From Octopus sinensis (lineage: Eukaryota): a stretch of 64,000 nt of DNA. The stretch covers positions 5,394,001 through 5,458,000 of the forward strand of contig NC_043012.1 of NCBI RefSeq assembly GCF_006345805.1, read 5' to 3'. The position numbers were made by a program, and so were the translations under genes. Shown here piece by piece: positions 50,270 to 63,265 of this stretch (within the stretch, counting starts at the first letter, position 1; every line of letters starts with the position of its first letter). A model generated the notes under the pieces. That model ran no database searches and was not told the DNA's origin. It saw only the letters and a program-made list of their open reading frames with translations.

Positions 50270-50605
50270 GCACTCCGTCGGTTACGACGATGAGGGTTCC
50301 GGTTGATCCGAATCAACGGAACAGCCTGCTCGTGTAATTAACGTGTAATTAACGTAGTTCTCGGGGATATTCAGCGTGACACAGAGTGTGACAAGGCCGG
50401 CCCTTTGAAATACAGGTACGACAGAAACAGGAAGTAAGAGTGAGAGAAAGTTGTGGTGAAAGAGTACAACAGGGGTTACCACCACCCCCTGCCGGAGCCT
50501 CGTGGAGCTTTTTAGGTGTTTTCGCTCAATAAACACTCACAACGCCCGGTCTGGGAATCGAAACCGCGAGTCCACTGCCCTAACCACTGGGCCATTGCGC
50601 CTCCT
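50270..50605 (-). mobile_element. Family B SINE (tail type 1) in MAP2K5 intron 1
   Basis: Matches 9085-9418. Confidence 0.88.
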
Positions 50606-52169
50606 CTTTTTCAAATACTCGTTTATAAACATAGACAAAATAACAGTGAATGGAGAAAGTCCCTATATTAAATCGAATGTTTAATACCTTATAGCATAGT
50701 TTAGAAGTGTAACCAATTTATTGCCCATAAACTTTAACAAGTTCTTGTATTTGTGTGTGTGACATCACTCACACAAATACGTAAGCACATGCAACTCTGT
50801 TGTTCACAGGTATACACATATTAACACATTGATTGTTGGATAATAAGTAAAAGTGATAAATTAGATTATGTCAGAATAATTCACATAAACAATTCCTAGA
50901 ATAATTATACCAATCAGTAATTAAACCTTTAGAATATAGCATGCTTGACACCTGTTCAAAATACAGTCAAAATGTGTTGACTGGTTTTTCAACGATGGTA
51001 TGCAACTCTACATGGTGTTTGATCTTGCTAGATACAACAGACAATCTAATCCTATCATCTTAAAAGGAACTGAAGACATATTAGAATTCACGGTTTTAGA
51101 AACCCATAAGAATACAGAATAGTTATGCCAAAAAAGTTTTTGGTAACTGGTTTGCTTGATCACAGTTGACTTATAGTTAATGACTACAATCCTATAATCC
51201 TATAATTTGTTTTCCCTAAACAGGGATTCCTGGACACTTTTTATACTTCATTAAACTTGCAGAATTACCAAGCACAAAGCTGCCTCCATCTCTCTTGTAG
51301 TCCCACACAATCAAAGGCAATCTTAGTCTTGTAAGCTACATGTCGTCAGCCTCACTAGTGCTGGTACTAAAGAAGCACTGTAGAGTGGTTGGTATTAGTA
51401 AGGTTTCTATCCAGCCGTAGAAATCATACGCGCAATAGATTTATGGGGCACAACACTATCCTCCAGCCTGGCACATCCAGTGAACCATCTGACCCACATG
51501 TCAGCATGGAAATTCAACATTAAAACATCATCATCATCATCTACAGCATCGATGTCAAGTAAATTACTGCAGTGTTGAAGCAGTCTTCAACTGCAGTTAG
51601 AACAATACAACAAATGCACGTGTTTTATGCAGTTTTATTGCAAAAAAATTCAGAGCTGCACCATTATTGTACATAAATTATCATTTACCATTGTTGTATC
51701 TGTAGAGGGAAGTGATTCCATTACTGTGAAATATACAAGATTTTTTATGGCTTAGTTAAAAGAGGAGAGGCAGTTTGCAGTGTTTCAGAGATGGATAAGA
51801 GAAATGGAAGATGATAACTTCAGATCAGATACTTTGCCCAAATGGTTGCAACAGAGTGAAATTCCTAAAGCCACCCAAAGTCAGATCTTTATGGTAAACA
51901 GAGTGGCAAGTTAACCCTTTAGCATTTAAAATGGTCAGATCCAGAGGGTTATGTTCCATAAGTATGGGGTGGAGATGTTTAGAGATGAAGAAGACAAGTG
52001 ATGGTACGAGAAAATGGAGTGGCTGAGGTGGGATATGGAGAGTGAGTAGATATGCATGTGAGGGAGAGCAGAGGGGCCTGCAATGGGTGGTGATCATGGG
52101 TAGTGGAATGGGAGGATGTTGGGAAGATGACAGATTGTGTGTGAGTGGTGGAGTGTTATGATCATAAAG

Positions 52170-52470
52170 AGCATGCCTGCATGTATGGATGGCCACAATT
52201 TTACTTAGCTCAACATGTCTTCTCAAACACAGCAAATCGCCAGAGATCTTAGTCCCTTGTCCTCTGTGAGGCTCAACATCTGAAGATCATTCCTTACCAC
52301 TTCATCCCATGTCTCCTGGGTTTACTCCTTCCACAGGGTCCCTCCAGCATTAGAGAATGGTACTTCTTTATGAATCTGTCCTTATCCATACACTCCACAT
52401 AACCATACCATGAGGCATGAGAGACAACAACCAGTGTCCACCACTGCTTATACACTCTAGACTCATTTAA
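52170..52470 (-). pseudogene. RTE-clade LINE 3' fragment
   Basis: WYGYVECMDKDRFIKK...EGPCGRSKPRR / TWDEVVRNDL. Confidence 0.75.
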
Positions 52471-52919
52471 TTTCTTTCAAACCCAGTGATGAGTACAAGG
52501 AACTGTAGTTCAGGTTATGCAAGCCCTGTTCATTTCATTGGTGGCTGGTTTGCTTGAGAAAACAGGCCAAGCTAAGTAAAAGTATGGTTGTCTTTGCATA
52601 CAAGCTTGACCCTTGCATCCCTCCCCAGCTAGGGTACATGGGTACTGGTGCCTCATAAAAAGCTCCCATACTGGTGCCATGTAAATGCACCTGTGCCAGT
52701 GCTGCATAAAAGCACCCAGTACACTCTGTAATGTGGTTGGCATTAGGAAGGGTATCCAACCTGAGAAACCATCCCAAAACAGATAATGGAGTCCGGGCAG
52801 CTGACCAGCTCCTGTCAAATGGCCTAACCCAGTATGGAAAACAGACATTAAATAATAATAATGATGGTGGTGGTGGTGATGATGTATGTATGTGTGTGTA
52901 TGTATATATATATATATGT

Positions 52920-53230
52920 ATAAAAATACAAAATGGGACAAGAACGCAAAACATTCAAATAGACAATACGAAAACGGACGGGTCATTCGAAGCCTCTAAT
53001 CTTCAGTCAAGAACCAGATCATCCTCGCAATTTCAGCTGATTAATCTTATATATCAGTCGCCATCAAAGATCGTTAACCACTACACACATTTTTGTCTCT
53101 CCTTGTTTTTTCTGTGTCCCTTTCTGTAGAAGAGCATAGGCTCGAAACATAAAAAGGCTTTTTCTATTCCTGAGCGTTATACTAATACATCTGTTTGTTT
53201 TCTACACCACCTGTCTTCGTCTTTTTTTTT
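52920..53230. repeat. Penelope-associated terminal-type repeat; its end recurs inverted at ~21181-21245
   Basis: 53160-53222 is the reverse complement of 21181-21244; contains GAGC-ATAG-GCTC-GAAAC (decayed hammerhead stem II). Confidence 0.5.
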
Positions 53231-53439
53231 TTGTAAACTCTCCGTATATATATATATATATATATAAAATTCCATAACCAAAGGTTTAAAAACTTACTAA
53301 CAATTATTCTACTAATTAATTTTAATGCTTTTGTCACCAAATTTCTGTTGAAATGCACTGATTTTGTTTCAATAAATCTTGACAATTATGAAGGATTTAG
53401 TAATTAAGTTGGTGTTTGGGATTGTTTTATTATTTTACT

Positions 53440-53820
53440 TCTTTCAGTCATTTGACTGCAGCCATGCTGGAGCACTGCCTTTAGTCAAGCAAATCAATCC
53501 CAGTACTTATTCTTTGTAAGCCTAGTACTGACTGTTGGTCTCTTTTACCAAACCGCTAGGTTACGGGGACGTAAACACACCAGCATTGGTTGTCAAGCGA
53601 TGGTGCGGGGACAAACACAGACACACAAACATATACATACACACACATATATATATGACGGGCTTCTTTCAGTTTACGTCTACCAAATCTACTCACAAGG
53701 ATTTGGTCGGCCCGTGGCTATAGTAGAAGACACTTGTCCAAGGTGCCACGCAGTGGGACTGAACCCGTAACCATGTGGTTGGTAAGCAAGCTACTTACTA
53801 CACAGCCACTCCTGCACCTA
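53440..53820 (-). mobile_element. Family D SINE
   Basis: Matches the 18258 copy. Confidence 0.88.
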
Positions 53821-54351
53821 TGTAAATTAACTTAAAATTTTTATGGACGGTTTTAATTTATAAGACTAAAGGCAGTCCCAGGCAGGTTGGTATGAAAGGG
53901 GTTAAATTATACTAGTCAAGCGAAACAACAGCACACACTAGAACGGAAGTGTCGCTGAAGAGGTCACAGATGTGTGACGAAAGATTTCCGGACAATGGAC
54001 ATGAGTTAGAATAAGAACAGTAATAAACGAATGAAGAACAAATAGAAATTGGCATTCTTTCGATATGAGTCCCATTTACATCACGTGTATTTGTTTACAT
54101 TTGAAGAAGATCGTCACTTTCCGTAAAATTTTTATTTTTTTATATATGTGGGGTTAGGGTTAGGGGTGGGGTGAAGGGTATCTTTTTTCTTTAGAAATGT
54201 AAATAAACCCGCGTGGGTTTATAAGTGACAGTTATGTTACTAGTACCGAATGATCGCCATTATATTAATTATACTACTAATCACTTCGAATACTCTAATA
54301 TATGCTGCGTGTACATTCCTTCTCTTAACTCTCTTGTCTTATCTTCCACAG

Positions 54352-54400
54352 GAAGTGATCGGTAACGTGTTACAGAATAAATCACTGACAGCATTTGATT
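54352..54400 (+). CDS. MAP2K5: MAP2K5 exon 2 (49 nt): EVIGNVLQNKSLTAFD(Y)
   Basis: Polypyrimidine-CACAG acceptor and GTGAGT donor; resembles DVIGQVLPEATTTAFEY. Confidence 0.93.
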
Positions 54401-54649
54401 GTGAGTTGTCTCCCTTCTTGAACAACCTTCTCCTTTTCTTAAAACGATTAATCATTAATCAAACTTTCTTTTTTTTTTTTTTTTGCCTTTTGCTTAACGA
54501 GTGGTGAAAAGGCAGTAATTATGATCTCTGTCGGACGTTCTCAGTTTAGTGGCTATGAGAAAGAGGGTGGCGGGCGGGGGGGGGGAACAAAACAGCTTGT
54601 GGGTTACCGCAGTAGTTAGCAGTACATCGTTTCTTTCTTTTCTTTTATT

Positions 54650-54808
54650 CTTTTACATCTTTCATTCATTTGACTACGGCCATGCTGGAGCACCACCTTT
54701 AGTCGAGCAAATCGACCCCAGGACTTATTCTTTGTAAGCCTAGTACTTATTCTATCGGTTAAACATACCAACATCTGTTGTCATGTGACGGTGGGGTTAC
54801 AAACACAA

Positions 54809-54891
<83 letters not shown>

Positions 54892-55260
54892 GCCGGGCTT
54901 CTTTCAGTTTCCGTCTACCAAATCCACTCACAAGGCTTTGGTCAGCCCTAGACTATAGTAGAAAACACTAGGAGGCCACACGGTGGGACTGAACCCGGAA
55001 CCATGTGATTGGTAAGCAAGCTACTTACCACACAACCACTCCTGTGCCTAAGATACCAAAGCAGGTGTTTCAATATTTTTATTGATTTTAAGGTGGCAAG
55101 CTGGCAGAATCATTAGCCTACCAGGCAAAATACGAAGTGGTATTTCATCTGCACGTTCTGGGCTCAAATCCACCAAGGTCAACTTTGCCTTTCATCCTTT
55201 TGGGGCTTGATAAACTAAGGACCAGTTGAACACTGGGGTCAATTTAATCAACTAAACCCC
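54650..55260. mobile_element. Family D SINE (-, 54650-55050) and family C SINE (+, ~55095-55260)
   Basis: Similarity to other copies in the window. Confidence 0.85.
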
Positions 55261-56144
55261 ACCCCCAAAATTCCTGGCCTTGTGCCAAAACTTGAAACCA
55301 ATATATTTATTGACTGATATTTGTTTGTCACCTCCACCCCCCACACTGCTACATCTCTTGAATAGACATGGTAAAATAAACCTTGTTGTTCATTTTGAAA
55401 CTTCCCTGAAAACATGTCCAGCCTTGTGGAACCGTTACCTTTGCTTGGAAACAGATGAGGTTTGATGACAAGAAGGGCATCATCCGGCCATAGGAAATTT
55501 GCCTCAATGAATTCCATTTAGCCCATGCAAGGATGGGAATGTGGATATTAAAATGATGTGGAGGTGAACAGGAATTACATTACACAATGTAGCGTTCCTT
55601 TCTAAAAACATTAGAGGTGCGATTTGAGGGAGATTTGACTGCTATGACAAACAGATCAAGCAGCTGTAAAGAGGATGCCTCATAACGATTGGGATTGCTT
55701 TGACAAAATAGTGTTGTGCCTCATGCTTCAGTACCTCATTGTTGTGAGTTCTCTTCAAACTTTGGACTTGGCTTTACCTTTCATCTCCCAGGGTCAGCCT
55801 TGTGAAAAGGGTTTAATAAATGAAGTAACAGGTGAGATAATCAGTTTCATTATAAAGAAAGGCACCTGTGCTGGCACAGTACCAGTGCCAGTGCCACATA
55901 AAAAGCACCTGGTACACTCTTTAAAGTGGTCAGCATTAGGAAGGGCTGTAGAAGCCAAGCCAAGACACACAACTGGAACCCTGCCAGCTGTAACCAAATC
56001 ATCTAACTCATGCCAGCATGGAAAACAGACATTAAATTATGATGATGATGACGATGGATATGTTTCTTGAACTTTATCCATCTTGTCCTTAATCTTGATA
56101 CTCTCCTTCTCAACTACTTGCACCCACCTCCATCTGACATCAGC

Positions 56145-57050
56145 ACAGGTGCTGGTTAAATGGCCAAGCTTAGGTGCTTTTTATATAGCACCAGCAGAGG
56201 TGATTTTTGTGTGGTACCTGCACAGGTGCTTTCTATGTAGCACCAGCAGGGGTGCTTTTTATGTGGTACCTGCACGGGTGCTTTTTATATAGCACCAGCA
56301 GAGGTGATTTTTATGTGGTACCTGCACAGGTGCTTTCTATGTAGCACCAGCAAAGGTGATTTTTATGTGGTACCTGCACAGGTGCTTTTTATGTAGCACC
56401 AGCAGGGGTGCTTTTTATATGGTACCTGCACAGGTGCTTTTTATGTAGCACCAGCAGAGGTGATTTTTATGTGGTACCTGCACAGGTGCTTTTTATGTAG
56501 CACCAGCAGGGGTGCTTTTTATATGGTACCTGCACAGGGTGTGCTTTTTTATGTGGTACCACCAGGAATCAGGGGTGCTTTTTTTAAACATGTGGTTCCT
56601 GCACTGGTGCTTTTTATGTGGTACCTGCACGGGTGCTTTTTATATGGTACCTGCACAGGTGCTTTTTATGTAGCACCAGCAGAGGTGATTTTTATGTGGT
56701 ACCTGCACAGGTGCTTTTTATGTAGCACCAGCAGGGGTGCTTTTTATGTGGTACCTGCACGGGTGCTTTTTATGTGGTACCTGCACGGGTGCTTTTTATA
56801 TGGTACCTGCACAGGTGCTTTTTATATAGCACCAGCAGGGGTGCTTTTTATGTGGTACCTGCACAGGTGCTTTTTACATGACCCAGCATAGGTGCTTTTT
56901 ATGTGGTACCTGCATGGGTGCCTTTTATGTAGCACCAGCAGGGGTGCTTTTTATGTAGTACCTGCACAGGTGCTTTTTACATGGCCCAGCATAGGTGCTT
57001 TTTATGTGGTACCTGCACAGGTGCTTTTTACATGGCAGCAGCACAGGTGA
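56145..57050. repeat. 26-bp minisatellite (~35 units, two main variants) in MAP2K5 intron 2
   Basis: GGTGCTTTTTATGTGGTACCTGCACA interleaved with GGTGCTTTTTATGTAGCACCAGCAGG. Confidence 0.95.
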
Positions 57051-57422
57051 CTGATAATTTTAATTTTGGTGTTGCATTTAATAGAAACAAGCAATTTTAT
57101 TACAAATGAGTAATGTTTATTATTTACTAGGGCAGTGAAATAGCCAAGGAAACAGCATCAGACGAACTGATTTGCCTTCCTGGTTCCAAGTTCAAATCAT
57201 TTTATCATGCAACAACTTCCCACAGGTCCATTTCTAAAAGATTTCACATTTCCGCCACCTCAGAAGACACAAAAATACTTTTCTTAAAACATGTATGAAG
57301 ACGCTCGCTTGCATACACTCACACGCACACACAAAGAAATACATAAACATATGCATACACATACACATATTCTTAGCTACATTTCTCCTCCACTTTTTTC
57401 TATACTTTCATTTCCATTCCAG

Positions 57423-57490
57423 ATGATGATGAAGACGGTGAAAGAATTACCGTTCGCAGTGATGATGAGCTGCAGACTATGTTAACTAGT
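57423..57490 (+). CDS. MAP2K5: MAP2K5 exon 3 (68 nt): (Y)DDEDGERITVRSDDELQTMLTS, PB1 acidic OPCA motif
   Basis: TTCCAG acceptor and GTGAGT donor; near-identical to YEDEDGDRITVRSDEEMKAMLSY. Confidence 0.96.
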
Positions 57491-58124
57491 GTGAGTTGAA
57501 TTTATTTTTCTTATTGTTGTTGTTGTTGTTGTTTGATCAAAAGCCTACCAGCCATGACTGTCCCTCTTTATTCTTGGTGAGGTGAAGCACTTGATGCTGT
57601 TGTTGCTTTTATGTTGGTTTTTGTTGTCTCAATAAAAAAGAACAGGCTCTGAATCCCAAGACCGCACAGGTCAGTAGGGGAGCCATTAGAAATAAAAGCT
57701 AAATTTTCCTCAAATCGCATCCTACTGTCTTACAAGGAACATCTCATTGAAAAACATAGTCCAGCTGTGTTGAAACTCGTGGATACTAGCATGAAACTAT
57801 CGTATACAGAGACACAAAAATATTTGTAAATTGATGATCAATAAAGGGACAGAAATACTTGAAATGGTGCTCAAGCAAACAGTAAGAACACGGAAAGTGA
57901 TGGGTCCCTAGTCCTTGTCAAAACATCTGTCTAGAACAAGGTTCACAAAATGGGATCAATTTTGCCTACATAGAGGAGGTGGGAGTAAATTAACTTTTTC
58001 AGGATCTGTACATATATTTTTCAATTATGATTTCATTATCCACTGACATCACAAACAGTTGCATACAAAAATAACTTTTCCCAGATTGTATTCCTTCTTA
58101 GCGTTCTTTTTGTATGTGTTCATC

Positions 58125-58450
58125 ATCATCATCATCATCATTTAGCGTCCGTTTTCCATGCTAGCATGGGTTGGACGGTTTAACTGGGGGTCTGTGAAGC
58201 CGGAAGGCTTCATCAGGCCCAGTCAGATTTGGCAGTGTTTCTACGGCTGGATGCCCTTCCTAACGCCAACCACTCCGTGAGTGTAGTGGGTACTTTTTAC
58301 GTGCCACCTGCACAGGTGCCAGACAGAGCTGGCAAACGGCCACGAACGGATGGTGTTTTTACAGCCGAGGCTGGCAACGGACACGAGCGGATGGTGCTTT
58401 TACATGCCAATGGCACGGGGGCCAGGCGAGGCTGGCAACGGACATGAACT
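58125..58450 (+). mobile_element. Family A repeat in intron 3
   Basis: Matches 43720-44080. Confidence 0.9.
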
Positions 58451-58751
58451 GGAAATATTTCCTTAGTTCACTTTGAATTTACCTAAGTTTGGATTGCCTT
58501 GAAAACATTGTGTTAACATATATTTTCAGGTATATTAATTTGAATGACATTTTCTGTATCTAAATATGTTGATGCAATAGAAATAATCGTCAGCTTCGTA
58601 TGGTGAATTCTACTATTAAAGATGTAATTTTTCTCTATCTACTTGCATTTACTGGTATCTGATCGTTTGATATTGTTAACCAAATTCATTTAAAACTGAG
58701 TGCTTTATCACTATCTGCCTGGATACTTTAATCCCTTTTGTATTCATATGC

Positions 58752-58795
<44 letters not shown>

Positions 58796-59399
58796 TCATC
58801 ATCATTTAATATCCATTATCCATGATGGCTGAACGGTTTGACGAAAGCTGAGGAGCTGCACCAGACTCCAGTCTGATGACTGGATGCCCTTCCTAACAAC
58901 AACCACTTTAAAGAGTGTTCTGGGCTCTTATACGTGGTGCTACATAGGAGTTTTTAAGTGCACCACATGGATGCTTTTATGTGGCACTGCAGGGACACTT
59001 TTACATGGCACTGCACAGGCACTTCTGTGTGGAAGCCACACGGGTGTTTTACACCACCAGAGAGACCGGTCTTAACATTTCTGCTGTGGAGTAGAGGTCT
59101 TCTTGAGTACAAGGCATCAGACATCTCAACCAAATGGAAGTAGCATACAACTCATATAGTTAAGCTTATATTCATTGTGAGTAAAAGATTCACTTGGATC
59201 CTCATCTTACATAAAGTTTTGTGGATGTGAAAACATGCGCATCTCTTCAGAGATTCAACAACAAAGTAGGGAAAAAAAAACAAAATAGCTTCTTTATTGC
59301 GGAGAGAATTCAACCCCTATTGGTTAGTTCTGGTCATATTGGAGTACTAATAATTCAACAGCAGCAGATAATGAGTGGAAACACTTCAAGTGTTAAAGC

Positions 59400-59880
59400 T
59401 GGTCATTAATGCCACTTAGTTATCAGTGCATATTTGGCATGCCAAAAAAGGCAGTGCCGTCAAGTATAGATAACATTGCTTCCAATATTGCATGTTTTTA
59501 TAGAAACAAACATGCAATTTGTAATCAATACTCACCTTTGCAATTGTTGAAATCCTGCCAACTGTCCACTAGGAGTATTACTGCCTCTCAAAGGTCATGG
59601 CCAATAGAGACACCCTCACATCACCCAATGATATTACAAAACACTCTACAACCACAGTGACCAATGACTTCAAGGGGAGATACTCTCAGCATATGCACCC
59701 CTTCAGATGTAAGAAAAGGAAAAGCTCCAACTCTTTTGTCCCACCTCATATAGAGACTCAGTTACCACAGTAACATGTCACCCAGTATCAAATGGAGTAT
59801 ACTCAATACTGCCCAACTTCATTCCCCTGGAGCTCATAATTGCTAACTCTGCCTCCAAGAAAAACTGCACTTGTTCCAAC
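59400..59880 (+). pseudogene. Old Penelope-like GIY-YIG C-terminal fragment in intron 3
   Basis: TNDFKGRYSQH...TLLSHLI*RL...SIKWSILNTA...PGAHNC*LCLQEKL. Confidence 0.72.
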
Positions 59881-60001
59881 AGTACACTTTCTGATAAGCC
59901 CTTAGCTTTTTCTCTTTTTGTTTTATTTTTATTATTCTTATGTGTTATTTCCAACAAGACCAGATCTGCAATATCTTATAAACCTTATTGTTTCTTTACA
60001 G

Positions 60002-60071
60002 TATTTCAACAGCCTCAAAGAAGAAGATTTGGTCCGTGGCCTTCTACCTCCTCTTATTGTTTATCCAAAAG
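60002..60071 (+). CDS. MAP2K5: MAP2K5 exon 4 (70 nt): YFNSLKEEDLVRGLLPPLIVYPK
   Basis: TTTCTTTACAG acceptor and GTATGA donor; phase fits; PLIVYPK resembles PLQIFPR. Confidence 0.9.
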
Positions 60072-60532
60072 GTATGATTGTCACTTATGTTACTTGCTTC
60101 TGAAGTTAATCCTGTCTCTGCTGATTTTAACAATGCCTTCTGATTGTTGTGATACAGCCTTTTTTATTGTTATGTCTTTATCTGTAGTTAACTCATTTTG
60201 CAATCATGAGGTCTCATGTTCAATGCTATTGTGTGGTACCTTGGGTTGGTGGGTTTTTTTTTTCCATATCCCTGTCTCAGAACCAATTCAGGTGAGTGAA
60301 ATTGGGTAAGTGGAAACTGTGGAGAAGCTTTTTGGATGGATTCTTTAAGTAAGTTGTAGTACCAAACTGCACTAAGTACCGGTATTGATGCTATCTACTA
60401 AAACTTTGGAAGTGAGTGTCCCAGTATGGCCGTGATCTCATGCCTAAAACCTGTAAACTTTAAAAAGGAAGTCTAACCCCTTAACTTGGGATACAGGAAA
60501 GAAAATGTTAAGCAGTTCTTCACTGTAGCACT

Positions 60533-60662
60533 AGGGCATCCAGCCGTAGAAACATTGCCAGATCAGACTGGGCCTGGTGCAGCCTTCTGGCTTCCCAGAC
60601 CCCAGTTGCACCGTCCAACCCATGCTAGCATGGAAAGCGGACACTAAACGATGATAATGATG
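60533..60662 (-). mobile_element. Family A repeat (partial) in intron 4
   Basis: Reverse complement matches 58135-58265. Confidence 0.9.
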
Positions 60663-61364
60663 CTTCACATATTTACGGTCTAGATGAGGCATGGGCACCC
60701 TTTATTAAGGAGCAGGCCACTTGAGATCTGGCTCAACAAGTAATCTTTCATTTGGTGTGCCAGTCAAAAAATCCTGCAGGCTTTCGGATGCCCATGGCTG
60801 ATCTGGTGGTATATGTGCCAATGAAAGAGGCAACCCACAGGACTTTCTGAATGACATGCCAAATGAAAAATTACCTTGAATTTTGTAGTAGTGTGGCCCA
60901 CAAGTTGTTAAGCCATGTCTCATGGATCCAACTTCTCAATAAAAGTTATCCATGCCTGCACAGTTGTTCAGCCATTTAGAAATAACAGCCAGATCTCCTT
61001 CTAATCACACCGCCTCACTATAATGAAAGAAAGGAAAAGACACATTGCAGAACGCGATCCTGGATATACAAAAAATTCAAGATGGCCAAAGCTTGGACAC
61101 TTTTGATCATTGTGGTCATTAGTCTGTTTTGTTAAGGCTATTTTGAAGCTAAACAACAAAACCAACAGCAAACTAGCCACATGAGTCAATATGGAAGGCT
61201 TTACATGGTTGATAGGCATGGTAGAAATAACAGCAAGATCTCCTTTGAATCACACTCTAGCTTCTTTTAAAAAAAGAAGGCACAATAAACAATGTAATCA
61301 TAGATCTATGAAAATGACAGGATGGTCACAACTGGAGCACCTGGGACTGAATAATGATAACTAG

Positions 61365-61410
61365 GAATATGTTCTTGATTGTCAGGATCCTGACAATCAA
61401 GAACATATTC
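61365..61410. repeat. 46-bp perfect spacerless palindrome
   Basis: GAATATGTTCTTGATTGTCAGGA|TCCTGACAATCAAGAACATATTC. Confidence 0.95.
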
Positions 61411-62270
61411 TAGCTTTATATTGATTTTTTGTTTGTTTTTTATTGGGTTTTTTTTTTCATATTTAGAACAATAAAAAATCAAGAATAGTTTAGGGAAATA
61501 GGTTCACTGATACAAACAAGAAAATAGAACTTGAAACAGGAGTATATATATATTTTTTCATTAATCAATAGGTTATGTTTAACAAGTGCCAAAGCACTTG
61601 CAATTCTAGGTGGAGACTGGAATATAATGTTTGAATGGACCCTCTACATCAGATCCAAATGTGTCCCTTGTTAACCTACGTGACAGACTATGTGGTATGG
61701 TTGTTCTTCTGAACCCTTTCATATTGCAGTTTTTGGTGGTCTTATTCATGCCAAGCACCAAGCCGGAATTTATATTTGACCCAGGAATACGAATCTGTCT
61801 TTCCTCCTAAATTTCCAGCCTTGTACCAATGTTAGTTATTTCACTAAACTACTCCCCTGTTCTTGTCCGAGGAAAGATCACAAAATGTCTCTCTGTCTGT
61901 AGTTTAGTCTCTGGTCGGTTAGCTCTGATCAAGAAACCAATCTGATAAATTTTGCCAATTCACTGTCTTAAATTTATTTATAGGTACAAGGTCAAAAATT
62001 TATAGAGAAGGGTGTTAACTGGTTTACACTAATCCCCATATTTGACTGATACTTTATTTTATAGATCCTAGAGGGATGAAACATGAAGTTGACTTTGGAA
62101 AGATTTGAACTCAGAACATAAAATGCTAGAACATACACCAAATGCATCTTGTCTGATGCTCTGACAGTTCTACCAATCCACAGCCCTTATATTTAACTTA
62201 ATCAACAAAATACAAATGTTTCACTATTGAAATTTTAATTACGAAGGCGGTGCACTAATCAGTGATGAGT

Positions 62271-62828
62271 GAAATTGCAATGTTACTATCAGTCCAAATA
62301 TGGCTTAATACACATTCGAACTGGGGAACAAGCTAGTCACTGCATTTTGTCATGGAGAATATATCTCGCTTGTTGACAAATGGTTTGTATATACCTAGAT
62401 CAGCTCATAGTGCCACCTGTCTAGACTGTGAGATGCTAACATTTCAGGGTAGTTGTCTTTTCATTGGTCACAGACACCAAGCAGATGGCACTATGAGCTG
62501 AATTAAGAGATTACCTCTCATATGCTTTTCCAGTCACTGTACGGTGACTGGCAGCACTATACGTTGGCTCACCATAAGTAAATTATGGAGGGGGAGTACT
62601 AAGCTTGCAGTGTGGTCTGCTTAGTGTCTGTGACTAATGAGGAGACAACTGCTCCAAAATGTTAACATCTCACAGTCGAGGTAGGTGGTGCTGCAAGATG
62701 ATATGGGTGTATGCAAACCATTTGTCAACAAGCAAGATATATTCCCCATGACGAAATGCAGTGAGTAGCTTGTTTCCCAGTTCAAACATGCACCAAGCAT
62801 ATTCGGACTGATAATAGTATTGCAATGA
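62271..62828. repeat. Diverged foldback: ~210-bp inverted arms (62271-62481, 62620-62828) with a ~140-bp spacer
   Basis: For example GCTTGTTGACAAATGGTTTG vs CAAACCATTTGTCAACAAGC; TTGCAATGTTACTATCAGTCC vs GGACTGATAATAGTATTGCAA. Confidence 0.88.
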
Positions 62829-62939
62829 AATTTTAATAGCAGCAACTTCAGATAATTTGGTACCAAAAAGATTAAAGCTGTGTGCAGATGATATGATGTA
62901 ACTAGAACAGAGGCAGTCACAATGTTTATAGTTCATTAC

Positions 62940-63265
62940 TACTGGCTGTGGTTAGAGCATTAGGCTCACAATCATCAGGTAGTGAGTTCAATTCTCGGAC
63001 TGGATTGTGTGTTGTGTTCTTGAGCAAGGCACTTTATTTCACATTACTCCAGTTCACTCAGCTGTAGAAATAAGTTGCGATATCACTGGTGCCAAGCTGT
63101 ATCAGCCTTTGCCTTTCCTTTGGATAACATCGGTGGCATGGAGATGAGAGGCTGGCATACATGGGCGACTGCTGGTCTTCCATAAACAATCTTGCCCGGA
63201 TTTGTGCCTCAGAGGGGAACTTTCTTGGTGCAATCCCATGGTCATTCATGACCAAAGGGGGTCTT
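62940..63265 (+). mobile_element. SINE, same family as 26200-26537
   Basis: Colinear similarity over ~320 bp. Confidence 0.88.

Noticed and set aside
56145-57050. CRISPR array
   Set aside because: Eukaryotic context, contiguous units with no unique spacers, and no cas genes
60281-60291. 11-nt MAP2K5 micro-exon (CAG|AACCAATTCAG|GTGAGT)
   Set aside because: It lies inside a degenerate family D SINE, and the 41-nt exon at 63694 already supplies the conserved phase 1-to-0 segment
60688-60920. hAT-type MITE (GGCATGGGC... start)
   Set aside because: The right TIR is too degenerate and no 8-bp TSD was found
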